Source of the DNA: Ginglymostoma cirratum
Taxonomy: Eukaryota
Direction of reading: 5' to 3'
DNA length: 64,000 nt
Assembly (NCBI GenBank): GCA_024137785.1
Contig: JAHRHZ010000274.1
Span: 20,386,086-20,450,085, forward strand
Shown: positions 1 through 13,775 of the stretch, one piece after another
Numbering within the stretch: position 1 is the stretch's first letter
Layout of the letters: every line of letters starts with the position of its first letter
Position numbers and translations under genes: made by a program
Notes under the pieces: model-generated
What the model saw: only the letters and a program-made list of their open reading frames with translations
What the model was told of the DNA's origin: nothing
Database searches by the model: none

Positions 1-538
1 CACCTCAAACACCGCTAATGAGGAATGGCTAGTAGGCCATCAAGTTGTAGATCTATCAGAGAATTGTTCCAAACTTTTATGAGTCACCCTAAAAATTACA
101 ATGGTGAGTCATTTTAGTAGCAGGGCATGGCATTTTTCTATTTTTATTGGCCAGGATTACATAGATGTAGTTACATTTCACCAGACATCCTGTACATGTC
201 AGGATTTAAGAGATCACAACCATCAATTAAACCTGTACTTACAATTTCAGTGCCAGCTTTCAAAGAACTGCTTAGCAATGTCTTAACAGATCATGTAAGG
301 CTCTTACCTAAAAGCAATAGTTGGACTCCATATATCTTAACAAGCATGGATAACTACAACAAGATTCCTTGAAGCAGGGTCATTGGGGAAAAAGTTACTT
401 CACAAATACTAGGAATGTTCCAGTGATTGGGATAAGGGAATTGCCTTCTTATTGTTTGCCATTACAGATGCCTCTAATCAGTCCACACATTCAGTCCTTT
501 TTAAACAGATATACAGGCATTAGATGAGAGCATTTCTT

Positions 539-581
<43 letters not shown>
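539..581 (+). repeat. (TCTG)n microsatellite, about 10 units
   Basis: Read directly from the sequence. Confidence 0.97.
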
Positions 582-2924
582 TTCATTAGAAACTTATAAA
601 CCAAAACTCAGAGACAACACTTTCCATCTGTCTGTCAAAATTTTGGAAAAAACTAACTAAAATGCATAAGCTAGCCAAAATGCATTTAATATGTCATCAG
701 ATAAAGAATATTAGAACAAATAAAATCTCAGCATTTTGTTGCTGGAGGGAAGCTGTTAGTATTGTACCTGTACCTGGCGAATGATTAAAAACAAGGCATA
801 AGTGAACCATATCAAATTGGAAGATTTGATAGTGATATGAATTATGTAGTGTCTGTTTCATACAGGAGAAAAATCACTGAATATATCATGTTAATATGTT
901 AAAGTGATGCTTTGACAGGAAGGATAGTTGGGAGAGAAATGTACTTACACTAGACAAAGAATTAGGGAGTAGGAAATAAAAATATCAGAATGATGCAAGA
1001 ACGAACAAGAAATTGATAATTTTGAAGTTGATCCTGTAGTAATCAGACTAGATGATCAGAAAATGCTTGAAAATCTAGATGAAATGTAATGCTATTTCCC
1101 AGAAACTATCAAAGAGACTTATAAAGGCATTACAGAGTCAAAAATTGAGTTGTATAAGTAAGCCAGAAGAATTGTCTTTTGCTACATGTAATGTTATTAT
1201 AGGGGATGCATTATCCACAAAGCAACATCATTACATACACAATCTGAAGACATTGGCTAAGTGACAGAGAGGATCAAAATCATGGCAGCCAATGACATTA
1301 TTACATTGAATCACAACAGCTGGAGTTCATCCATTGTGACATAACAAATGCAGTCACATTGATTGTTTATAGATTATTGTAAAATTTTATGCAATAATGA
1401 AGGCAGATTCATATCCAATTTCACAATTGGAGGATTGAGAGGAATGGACAAGCATGGTTTATTACAAAATTAACTTTTGGCAAGTATATTTGAGTGACAT
1501 AGCTGAATAAATATCAGCTTTTGTAATACAGAAGGAGTTTATCAATGTCATGGTATACCGCTTAGCATGAAAAAAGACAGCAACTCTTCAACAATTGAGT
1601 AACAAAATTGTTGAAGGATTATGCAACTGCATTGCAAATGACTTGGTTGTGATCAGCCAAGAACATTGACATCATTTGACTCAACTGTTCAATTGGTTAC
1701 AAAGAGTCAACTTGGTCATAAATTTGTGGGATCAGAACATCTCCCTTGAGTGGACAGGTTGAGACAAAACTATCAGTGGAATTCACACTTTCTGTCTATG
1801 AAATTACCAAAACTCAAAACCTATGTATTCCTAAACTGACTATCTCCAAACATGAAATTTAACAAGGAGAGCTGTTAAAGAAAAGTGCATTTATGCGAAT
1901 GACCTCTACCCTTTCTCACTGTAAACTAATGGTTTCTAACTTTGAGTCAATTGTGTAGGCAATAGAACTGTTGATCATGTGGTCACATGACTGAAACTAA
2001 TCTGACATTACAAATCTTAATTAATCCAGGAAAAACAGAGAGAAACAAGCAATCTGAAAATGAACAGAAGATCTGTGTGTCAGTCTTTCTCTTTCCAACT
2101 ACTCTTACAAGCTCAAACCTTGTTTGCTGTACTTTACGATCCATGTGAGACAGGCAAGGATATTTTTAAAGAACTCAACCGAGCAACTTAGTTCCCAGGG
2201 CAGTTACATTATCCATCTTTCTCTTTAAACTCCTTCAATGATGAGACTAGAAAGACCATCAAGTCCAGCACGGATCCACCCAATTCCTCAACCTACAAAG
2301 AATGTACAACTTCAACTTTAAAATTACACTTCAATCCATTCTTCTACTTTGTAAATTATTTTTTGCACGTGTGAACCTGAGCATGTGAGCATGAATGTTG
2401 GAGCATTTTTATTATTTTACTCAGACCAGGTTAAGTACACTTAAAGTGATCCTCTTTTAAGTAAGTTCGTGAAAACCTGTCTGTTTGTGTCTTTTAGAAA
2501 TTAAATATTTAAATACTCACTGAATTTGAAACCATCCTTTTCAAACATATCCTGCAATAGTGAAACAATGAGTATGAGAAGTGAACTATTACACTCCACC
2601 TCACCTGATTTGTAATACCAATTACGATACTTAATCAGTTGGATAAAGTCTCATAACTATGAATACTTTCTTATTATCATGTACCTTGAGGAAGTTTGTA
2701 AAATTTGAAAAGGAAGTGGAAATCTATACAGGTTCAAAAATCTCTAGCTCTTCTCACATTCCTGTAGCATTGCAATAAGAGTGTGGCAGAAAAATCAGTG
2801 AATAGACTAAAGCCCAAATAGATCAATCCTAGTCCAGCATGAGAATTTATGGATGGTCTGTTATGGGTGGAGTCAGAACATATCCCAAACAACAGCAGTC
2901 GGTGTCAGATTTACCTTAGTTGCA

Positions 2925-3300
2925 GAATTTAACTTCTGTGTCAGAAGGTCATAGTTTTCAGGCCTACTCCAAAACTTGAGCATATAGTATAGTATTGAGG
3001 GAGTGCTACACATTTGGAAGGCTTTTTTGGAAGAATTTTGGTACATCAAAATTCAGGTCAGTATGAAAGATCCCATAATTATTTCAAATTAGATAAAACA
3101 TGGTGATCAGGTTAACAACATAATGAATGTAATTAATTTTTTGTGTCATTACTGTCTAGTAAATTGCTATGTGTAAATTGACTACCTCATTTTCCTAGAA
3201 TACAACAGTATGAGCGATTCCAAAAAGACTGATTGTATTTGGAAAGTGTTTAGAACATTCTTAGATCATAAATGTGCTATATAAATGCATCATATATCAT
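2925..3300 (+). mobile_element. Old tRNA-derived SINE, SacSINE1/DeuSINE-like
   Basis: TCAGAAGGT...ACTCCA.AACTTGAGCA, GTATTGAGGGAGTGCT, AAAGATCCCAT, TGTG.AAATTG.CT.CC and a GCTATATAAATGCA tail. Family assigned from recalled consensus. Confidence 0.6.
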
Positions 3301-6300
3301 TTTATTGATTAGCATAAGTTGGGGGTGGTGAAAAGGTCAACGGTTGTCATGCTTCCAGCTCTTTATGGCAGTCCTTGGTTGATGAAGAACTAATTCAGTC
3401 ATACCATTGTATCAACAGTCAGGGATTAATGCAGAACTACATCTGAAATCTATGGTAGAGAATGTTTCATTCTGACTACCCAATTTAAAAACTTTTTTTT
3501 AATCATTGCCTCTTATTATTGTTTCTGATTAGTTCTAGACCTAAGTGGTTCTAGCACAACCTTAATCTGAGGGCAACATTTTATTCTTCTCCTTGGGGTT
3601 GACTGGAGAGTGGGGGAGTACATATATACATTTACTCAGATGGGATGCTGTGAGGGGAGGTCCCATTGCCTTATTGAGTCTCCTCAGTGAAGCTCCAATG
3701 GTGAAGAATTGAGGTTAGTTTACCCTCCTGGAGGCAAATTGAAGCACTCAAGTTGCCATTTAAAGGTCTCATTCCAATGCCATTGGTGTTTTAACGGCAC
3801 TGGGTAAAGTGATGTCCAATCTGACTAACCTCAAAACAGACCATTTTGTGGGTTGTCTACAGCGTTATGGGGTCTACAGCCTTGTTCTCAGATATCCTGT
3901 GCCTGATTGAGGAATTGGCATCAGGAAGGGGGAGGGACAGTCCACTGGAAGCCAATCTCCTTCCCTTCTATCAAGCTGCTGTCTCACCGTGCCTTTCCTT
4001 GGGATCTGTGCTCCTAGGACTCTCCTCTCTCCTAGGACTCTATCATCGATTTCAGGCATAGGGTCCAGAACTGGCAGTTGCCACTGTGCTGGGTGATGCA
4101 GTTGTTACGAAAGAGTTATTAGGTTTTAGTTGAACAGCAGTTCTCAGGGTTGGGGTATCCTTCCAACACTAGATATAATGGCAATTTAATATGATCAGTG
4201 AAGCCCAGGGCTCCCCGTACCCATTGGGCACTTGATTCCACTGGGTTCCTGGAGGTCAGGTTGGAAGAGAGTCACCAGTTTTTGTTGGCCACTATAATGT
4301 CTGCCCTCAGTGGCAGTGGGCAGATTATTGGCGAGTAGCTGTGGTTTAATGACCTGATCAATGACACAATACATCATTTTTGCTGTTGATTGAGGAGGAG
4401 TTAACAGCTGAGGGAAGGAATTGGCTTCATTAGATTTTGCTCTGTTTTGTGAATGAACATAACTTGGCCATTCTCCACACTACTTGCAGGTGCCAATGCT
4501 AACTGAGCTGGAGTAACTTAGTTATGAGGTGGCTAGTTCGACTGTGGAGGTCTTCAGTATAACAGCAGGGATGTTGGCAGGGTCCATAGAAGTCTTCATG
4601 TCTTGTGAACTTAGTTACTTCTGAAGTGAAGGAAGGACATTTGAGAAAAGGCTCAGTGAGCTCAATTTATTAGACAATTCAAGCTGAAATGTTTGTAAGC
4701 ACCTCAGCCTTGTTCAGGTCCGCTGTTCCACGAAAGTCAAGGGTTAGGATGTTTATGATATTTCTTCCTGTTTGTGACTTGTTTATTATCCAATGGTTGT
4801 GGTAAAGCTATTGAATTTTGTTTTCATCCTTCTGATGTGGGACTGATTAGCTTTGTAGCTTGATTTTATTTGTGTTTAGAATGAAGATGGGCCTGTGCTG
4901 TTCCTTCATTATCGGTGCCTCAGTCTAGGTATGCCAAGTGTTGTTCCTAACACCCACATGAAAACAAAGTTCATTTTCCAAATCTCCTTAGGGGACTCTG
5001 AACACATTTAAAAAGAAAACTTTGTTCTGTGGTCATTTTTAAAGATGCAAAGAGAGAGCCTCCTCAGTCATCGATTGGAAGTAAATGATGCCCATTTCTG
5101 TTAATTCCCCATTGGGCTCAAAGGAAAATTCAAATTTTAATTGATGTTGGACTAAAATTTTGTCCTGAATGAACAACACTTGAAATTACAAAATATAAAT
5201 TCTGGTAAGGGAATTACGAGGAAACTTCAAAATATCTAAAAACTAGGTTTAACCATATACAATCTGTACTTAAGTAAGATAGTGTAGCATATCGGAAAAT
5301 GTATTGGAAGGAGTTGGTATCAAATCAAAATTAAACAAAAGAGTGGGTTATGTTAAATTCTTGGAACTAAATGAAATGAAATGAAAATTCATATATTTCA
5401 TTCAATTCCTAAGAAGAATCAATTTTTATTTGGAAAGTTAGTTATTGGAACCTTGCTCGTGTTAAACGTTGTTAATGTCATGACTAAAGCAGGTTGAAAA
5501 ATGAATATTCTGTAATGTGGTGGGAGAACTGCAAAACAATGGTCTTGGACACAGATCACTCGACAGCAGTTCTGAGTTTTCAGTGTTGGCTGTCACTCTG
5601 ACCTCAGCTCAGTGAGGGAGTCATCTGGAATGCACAGTAATTTGTTATACAGCTTAGAATGAAAGGGCTCGTCACATAAAGATAATATTCTCTTTTGCAG
5701 ATTTGCATCAATGAAAATATCAAAGCACAATTAATCTGATTTTATGCAAACCCCAGCTTCTATTCACTGAACCTTTGAGGATCCACAAGCTTGCCTATTC
5801 AAATGTTCAGCGAGGGGACTGTTTAAAACAATTTTTATAATAAACTCTGGTGTTACAAAAATAGTTTGCTGACTGAAATGTTAAAAGAATTTGATAGGAC
5901 ACGGATACAGCAAAATTGCTTCCTCCAGTTGGAGAATCAAGAACAAAGAGACCAAATGCCAAAATTGCAACTAGGCCATTCAGCTGTGAAATCAGCAAGC
6001 ACTTTGTCCACACAGAGTAGCAGAAACTAGGAATTGTTTCCACCAAAAGATTGAGGGCACAATTGGAGCTTTAAGACGATACATTCTTGTTGGGCAAACG
6101 TAGTAAGATATATGGAGCAAAGTCTGGTAAATGGACCTATGGAATAGTCAGTATCCTGCACAGAACTGGACTTGAGGGGCATTCTCCTTTTTTTCTAAAT
6201 GTATACTGATGAAGTAAGCACTATGTTTCCGACTTTTAAGTTGAACTATGTTTGGCTGTGCTTAATCAGATTTGAGGAATATATGCAGCTGATACTTGGT

Positions 6301-9123
6301 GCTTTAATGAGAACAATCTTATTCCTTAATTTGGACCCCTTCTACCTGCTGCTTCAGAGATTATCTGGTTTCTTCTTTGTCCTTCTTGAGCACTTTCACT
6401 ACAGCATCATCGTTGACATTTATTGATGACAGGATGTCTCCATGAGTCATTTGCAGTTCCTTGGTGTGTGCTGTCTGCATCACCACCTGGCTTTGCTGGA
6501 CTGTCATTTTCTCCAGCATTGCTTTGGGCTCAAGCTGATGTTTCTGTAGCTGGTCCTATGTATCTTGATCTGTTTAGTCTTTGGGCTAGTGCACTGTCTT
6601 CGCCAATGGTGTTTACTGGTATATGTCTTGTAAAATTATTTGTAAGTCGGGCATTTCCTTGTTGCACACAGAAGCCATATTCCATGTGAGTTACTATGTT
6701 TGGGTATTCTAGTGATTGTGACAACTGTCATGTTGGTGCTGAGGTCCTGTACACTTCTTCAACCTGTGAGGAACACTTCATACTTTTGGCTGTCTTTTAG
6801 TAGCTCTTTGATTCCTAAGTTTTTGATCTTTCTAGCATATCGTTCTGAAAAGTTTCTCTGGGTGTGGAAATGATCACCAACCCAACAAATCTGTCTGATG
6901 GAGTTTAGAAGGATGAGGGAGTTCTATTTGAAACTTAAAGAATACGGAGAAGACTGGATACCAGGTTTTTAATTGGCTTGGATTCCACCATTGGCTATGA
7001 CAGGAATCAAACCCAGAACATTACCTGGGTCTCTGGATTACAATACAGTGACAATACCCCTCGGTAATCAGCAACTCCCCAAGGTACTTTTGTAATTGAA
7101 TTAAGCTAATCTCTCAATAGTGATTTTTCTGCTTACCAGCAAGCACTGTTTCCAATATTCTCACCGACACTATAATGAAAGAAACATTGAGGATTGTTTC
7201 ACACACTTCAGCATGATTTAAGACTCTTGATCATGTGTTTCACCTGTAGATTACATGTAGATTGCGTGCTTGGTGAAGCAAGATAGGATTTGTTAGGATG
7301 ATGCCATTCACCATGTGATGTTCATGATAATGAACTATCCATGGATACGTTTATTGAAACAGTCAAACACATTACATGCTATAAAGTAGACATTACGGTA
7401 AACGAATCCAACTGAGGTCTGTGTGTGCAGTTTGCACACTCAAAGCAGACCAGGCAGAGTCACAACATTGTATACTCAAGACACTTGTAATTCTTACAGA
7501 TAATAAAGCATACACACAACAGAACAAGCTTGATAGTCCCCGACATAAGACTACCTTGTTCAGTTTTTATGCTGGCAGTCAAGCAAAAAATAGCTTTCCC
7601 CATATGAATTTGACAGCAATCTCCCCCACTCACACTCGCTTACTGACTTTCCTCACTGCCAGCAACCTTAATACCTAAAATTCCTTAAATAACCTATTGA
7701 CATCCTTGCAATGTGTCCCACCCTTATTGCTGGACAGAATTGTACGTTGCTGCTCACCAACACTTGGAATTAACAGTTTCATTGATGTTACCAGACATGG
7801 ATTGTTGACTTGTTCTGTGCAAAAAAGTGGATGCTATAGTGAATTTCGTTGCAGGATACGAGAAGCACCTGGATGTGTGGTATGAGTCATGACCTATAAG
7901 AGATTGTTGTTACGTGGTGACACATTCAGGCTAGTGGTGCAGTTGGTGGAATATGTTGTTTGGAGATGAATTCACTGACTTTGGCTATTTATATGACGTT
8001 ATTCAACTTCTTGAGGACCTGCATGCCGGTGCCGGACTAGATTTCTGTCATTGGCTACCATGGCTATCTGCCTCACTTTCTTCACACTGTTCGCCTGAAG
8101 GGCCTTCCGGTGCCCTGTGCATCTGAGGATCATTGACCTGTGTTCACTTCCTCCTCCAAGGTGTCTAAAGCAGAATCAGAGAAGGTTGAAACATGCTCTC
8201 TGCCCTATTGAGTCATAGTTCAATATTCCTCTTGTTTGGGGTAAAAATGTCACCTCTTCTGCGAGTCGCCCAGGACTAGGTAGGGATCCAATGCTCAAGG
8301 GTATGTGACATAGCCAATGGTGCAACCGGTAAATTTGCAGTGGTGATGGTGGAAGAGCTGGATCCTCGAGTGACAATTGTTTACAGCAAACTGTTCTTCA
8401 TGAAGGGGACTTGTGCTTCGTTTAATTACACATGGGAAAGAAAATAGGAAACCACCTTGTATTCTTTTCCCGAATCATTACTGATTCTTATGAGCAACTG
8501 AAAAGGAAAGCACAAGACTGTGGAGTGTGGAGAAATGAACAGAGGATCTTCATTTCTGCAGGATCACCACCATTTGCTCATGTTGTCTTCTCCACACAGT
8601 TTCAGTTCCTGCTTCAACTGGAATACGTTGCCCATTTAGAAGGACCTCAAATGGTGCAGGCCAGCCTTACATAGTTGTAAAGCCTTGCATAAACTTGCAC
8701 AGGCTGGGACACCCAGCTGAGCGATGTGGTCGCCTTAATAGAATGTTAAAATCCCCATTGTGCAAATTAGCAGCCAGCACAAAGTTTGCAGGCCGCATTG
8801 GATGCGCTAGGAACAGATTAATTACGGATTGTGAAACTTGGGCTGTTTTCAGCCCTTGCTGAATTCTCAGACAAAATGACCTACATTTAACACCTCATCG
8901 CATTGCAGGATAAGTTAACCAAATGCGCTGCTAATCTCACATGAAGCTTGTATTTAAACAATGCACATAATCCCTTGACATTGACGTCTGATGGCAGCAG
9001 CAACAGCTATGGTCACATGTCCATCAATATCCTCAGGAACCAGTGATTATTCATTAACCTACTTTCATGCATTTCAGCTGAATTAAATTCAGGTGACACC
9101 CTGAAGTGGGTATTTGAAACCCA

Positions 9124-9157
9124 TTTCTGATGAAGGATCTAGGCCCGAAACGTCAGC
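9124..9157 (+). ncRNA. Minimal hammerhead ribozyme motif, family A, with one stem II mismatch
   Basis: TTT CTGATGA A GGAT CTAG GCCC GAAA C GTC AG. Confidence 0.6.
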
Positions 9158-9221
9158 TTTCCTGCCCCTCTGATGCTGCTTGGCCTGCTGTGTTCATCCA
9201 GCTCTATACCTTGTTATCTCA
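9124..9221 (+). mobile_element. 98-bp Penelope-like pseudo-LTR fragment (family A) starting at the hammerhead motif
   Basis: Matches 33007-33101 and has an exact 13-bp TSD, TATTTGAAACCCA (9111-9123 and 9222-9234). Confidence 0.85.
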
Positions 9222-9686
9222 TATTTGAAACCCAACCCACTTTACAAGAAACTGATACAGTCATCTCTTTTACACCCAGAAGTGAAAGGGGAGCACATAA
9301 AACAAGTAGCCAATATGATCATGCTGGGAAAGTTAGATTATGTAGAGTTATGTCATGTTTCCCCAATATTGAAGTTGGGCACCTAGAAAGGAAAGAAAAT
9401 ACTTATTGTCATACTTAATGACACACCTCTTAATTAATATACTTTATTTACCCAAACAGAATTGCCTAAGATGCATTGGATAGCTTTTCTAATGCTAATG
9501 ACTCTATTGCATTAGCATCATTGTATGAGTACACATTTGAATTTTTGGTTCTCTCAAAATGTGACCTATGTCTACATGTCTACCGGAGATTACTTTTACA
9601 GATATAGCACCATTTTTAATAGGTGAACACTGCTTGTCCCTGTGAGTTTGCCTTGTTCCACAATACTGACCTGATTCTCAGTAACT

Positions 9687-9926
9687 TACAAAAAAGAAAT
9701 TGCTGAAAAGCTCAGCAGGTCTGGCAGCATCTGTGAAGGGAAAAACAGAGTTAATGTTTTGGGTCCGGTGACCCTTCCTCAGAACTGGTTCTGAGTTCTG
9801 AGGAAGGGTCATCGGACCCGAAACATCAACTTTGTTTTTTCCTTCACAGAAGCTGCCAGACCTGCTGAGCTTTTCCAGCAACTTTGTTTTTGTTCCTGAT
9901 TTACTGCATCCGCAGTTCTTTCGGTT
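9687..9926. mobile_element. 240-bp palindromic pseudo-LTR mini-element (family B)
   Basis: Inverted arms, each with a hammerhead-like motif, and a 12-bp TSD, TTCTCAGTAACT (9675-9686 and 9927-9938). Confidence 0.88.
9793..9832 (+). ncRNA. Minimal hammerhead ribozyme motif, family B, mutated in stem III
   Basis: GAGTT CTGAGGA A GGGTC ATCG GACCC GAAA C ATC AACTT: 5-bp stem I, 5-bp stem II and intact core boxes. Confidence 0.6.
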
Positions 9927-12900
9927 TTCTCAGTAACTGTTGCCTGGCTTACTCTGAGGTTTGGAGTACTGTAGGGTTTTTATACTTTATAAACTGAATG
10001 GATACTGTTGTTGTCCTGTGATATCATTATCTTCTGCTCTCAGGATTTCCTGTGAGTCTTTCTGTTTTCTACTTCCAGCACAATCTGAATAGTTTTCTCC
10101 AAAGTCAAATTATCTTTGAATTGTAATAAATCTGTTGAAAGATTATCAGTAATTCCAACAATAATTCTGTTTTATACATTCAAACCTCTATTAGCACAGT
10201 TTCCACTAACCTTTAAAAAGAAGTTAATTATCTAATCTACACAACCCCCAAACCCTTCTGTTAAATCTTGCTTTTTTGTGCATTTTGTTCGCTCTCAGAT
10301 TAAAGTAACTGCCACAAGCTTATAGAGTTAAAAAGCAACTGTGTCTTTTTTATGACTTGATGAGCCAGAACTCAACCAACTGTAGGTCCTATTGAGGGCA
10401 ATAGTCTGTTCTCTTGTTCGGCTTGTGATTAAGTATGTAGCTTGGAAGTAATTCCAAATTCTGCAGTATTTCAATGTTGCTTTATTCTCTTTCCCAAGTA
10501 GAATGTGACTTCTCCAATATAGCAATGTTGTTTAATTTTCCTTGCCTTGAAGGCTTTTAAATGCTGCATTATAAAAGGCTTTTATAATGTGACAATGCTG
10601 CAACTCTGTAATGCATGTATTGATTTTCCTGGCATTTTCGTGTTCAAAACATAAGTTTCTCACTTTCAGTGCCTATTTGTGGGTTCCGTGTCTTCTGCAG
10701 GTAAAATGGAGCATTATCACTATTTATGTGGACAAAATGGATTATTTCCTATCTTTCATGGTAACAGGGATTTTAATCTCACTCACGGAGCTCCCTCTTG
10801 CTTCCCAATGAAACCTGTAAATGCCAAGTGACTAGCTTTCAGCTCACACTTGCTTCTACACTTCTCTTACCAGGTCCAAGGAGAAAAAAAGACTTTACTA
10901 CTAAGTGCTGTTCTTTCGTTGACCTTTCCACGGGTTTGTCTGCAAATTGTTTGACTGTTTAGCTGTTGCAACTGCTGACTGTCTGCATGAATAATTCTTA
11001 AATTTGTAAAGTCTTTACAGCTATAAATGTACAGTAATGCTTTGGGTTCATTGGAATTCTCCTAGTGGTCGTTAAGGAATGTACGTACTGTGATGTTAAA
11101 CATTACTAGCTTGTCACTAGTTTGTTTTCTGCTACCATCCTCTTTCCTTGACTGGGTCTAAATACCTGCCTGGTTTACACTGGAACAGAAAAATCAGTCA
11201 TGTGTCTTAATAGAGGGAGGACATGCCTGAAAAAAGGTGTGGTTTGTTACAGAGTAGAAATCACGTACAAGTTACTTTGCAAGTTAGCCATTGTTCCTAA
11301 GGCCATTGGGAGACTTATGGATAATGGTGTTCATCCTACAATCAAAAGATTTGTTGCATCTTAATACAGTCTTCAGAACCAATTCAGAATCAATATCTTA
11401 TATAACAACAAAGATGTTTTGTATGGGAAATGCAAGTTTTACATTGGTGCATTTCTGATGCTGAAGTTAAGTATTAGGTTTTGTGCAGACTAAAGAAGAA
11501 CTTGGAGTTTGCCATATTTTACATTAAATATTTGAACATAAAAATATTCTACAAATATGAGATCAGGGAGAAATTCTCAGATTTTTTTCATAATTGGTGT
11601 TGGTTTTGTTCTAGTTTCTCAACTTATCTTGAACTAAATGCTTCAGTAGTATGTATCAGGATGACTTAGTACTTGTACCAATGTGACACAGAATAGATAG
11701 ATCCGTAGATTTTTTTTCAGCTATTTGTACGTACTTAAGAGTATTATGTGTAAATAGAGGATAAAATGCAATGTATCATTTGCAAGACAGGCATTAAATT
11801 GTTAGAAGCACACATTGCTATAAATGATTCAGAATATTTTCCCACTATAAAACAGAATCATTATCATTCAGTGGTAGGAAAATTACAATTCTTCCTCTTG
11901 TATTTAACACCACAAATCACTGCGTGGAAATGTCTCCCTTGTCTCAGCTGTTCCCAACTTTGAAAGTCTCCTCAAAAACAACTTCTTTGATCTCACATTC
12001 AGTCACCTCCCTAACCTTGCTTATCCTTTCTGTTCAGTATTCAATCTTCTGCTTTTGTTATGCCACAGATTTGGTTTTAACAATAAAACGAAGGTTCATT
12101 ACAGAAATGAAATTAAGATAATATGGAATAACCATATCATTTACATATCACACAGGTTTAAACATTTTGAAACATACAGTAAAATACAATCATAATAATC
12201 CCAAATGCACTCCTTTATAGTATTCACACTAGAGAGATCTCCCTTCTCTTTCATATCTTTAGGGCTTAATTTGACTATGGCTTTAAATCCCCATTTTGGG
12301 AATTTAGTAGTCTCTCCCTGGAGAATTCTTAAAACTTAGCTTAGATTTTCTCAGCTTCAAATAAATTCTACAGGGTTGTAACCAAACACTTCTGGTCTGG
12401 AACTTTTAACCTAAATTGTTTATACTGAAGTAGCCTATTTCTTACTGATTCTGAACCTATTTTGTCATGTGCAATTTGGCTATTTATCAAGATATCACAC
12501 AGACAAAGAATTATTTAAATTTTATTGCATGTAACAACAAAAATAAGACCCCCCAAGTAAGCAAGTTATACCTCACAACCCAACTTAGCTATTACCTGAT
12601 TAGTGATGGAATTTAGCTACAATTTGAACCAACAGCATCTATCTCTGGGTATGTCCAGTGTTCAACCCTTGTTCAGTATTGTTCTCTGGAATTCTGCTGC
12701 TGAAGAATCCCAAAGCTGAATTCTTATAGGATTTTTAATGCAACATTATTAATGAGACTGTAGTTTTCTTATTAGGAGTGAAAGCCAGCTTCTGTCAACC
12801 TGGCTCTGTGTTCCTTGTTACATTCGGTGTTAGCTGCCTATTCGAAACACAGCCTATCTTGCCATTCACCCCTTAGTTATTTCTGCAGACAATCATTTGT

Positions 12901-13524
12901 CAATGTGGCATAAGGCAACCAGTTGTTAAGCAGTTGGTAAAACAGTTTGTTATGTAGCTTTGATTTTTTTTCCCCCAGGCATGGCCATGAACAGTTATTA
13001 AAGTTCTGAAGTTTACATTGTCACAATTTCCTTTCATCAGGAGCAACAGTTTCGCACATCCAGCTTCTAGCAAGACTTCTGTAAACCTGCTACACTGAAA
13101 CCCAAAAGCTATTTCAAAGCTATGGAAAATCAATGTGTGAGCTTCTAAACTGAAAGTCTGATGCACAGATATTTATTTTCCCACAAAACTCTCCCAATTA
13201 CACAACCCCATTATGCACAGGAACACTCTCCTTCACTGTATTTTTAGAAAACAAATTGTCATGGCTACAGAAATACCTATAAGTTAATCATTAAACCCCT
13301 TCACATACAGAACAAAACACATATGCCAATAGATCCAATTCAAACTCTATAATAAATTGTATTAAAATATATAGAAATCACACAGCTTACTTCGTACTTC
13401 CTTGTGAAGTGCTTTGAAATGATTTGCTACGGTAAAGATAAGTTGCAGTAGGATAAAGATTAACCTTGAAAGGAGAGTATACTAGAGCTGCAAAAATTCC
13501 AAATGGTAAAAATATTTACCTATT

Positions 13525-13775
13525 ACAACACATGTACAAAATAGGAGGAGGGGTAGACAATTCAGCCTATTGAAATTATTGCACCATTTGACATAATGAA
13601 GGCTGATCTGATTGTGACCTCAACTCTAATCTCTGTCTACTCCCTATACCTTTTAACATTTCTACATCTGCTTTGAAAATATTCAATGTTGCTGCCTCCA
13701 TTACTCCCTGTGGAAGAGGTACCTACAGATCCAAGATCCTCTGAGAGAAAAAAAAACCTCCTCACTCCGTCTTAA
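13525..13775 (-). mobile_element. Old CR1-type LINE 3' fragment
   Basis: AATAGGAGGAGGGGTAGACAATTCAGCC...GGCTGATCTG, similar to 36269-36700. Confidence 0.55.

Noticed and set aside
980-2620. LTR retrotransposon remnant (similar impressions at 6390-8730, 11960-13390 and 47660-48110)
   Set aside because: The texture suggests old LTR-type repeats, but I could not recover diagnostic protein motifs or paired termini by eye.
9687-9926. DNA-transposon MITE or pre-miRNA interpretation of the short palindromes
   Set aside because: The arms match the termini of GIY-YIG-encoding Penelope-like elements in this window, TSDs are long and variable (12-16 bp), and arm ends are asymmetric.
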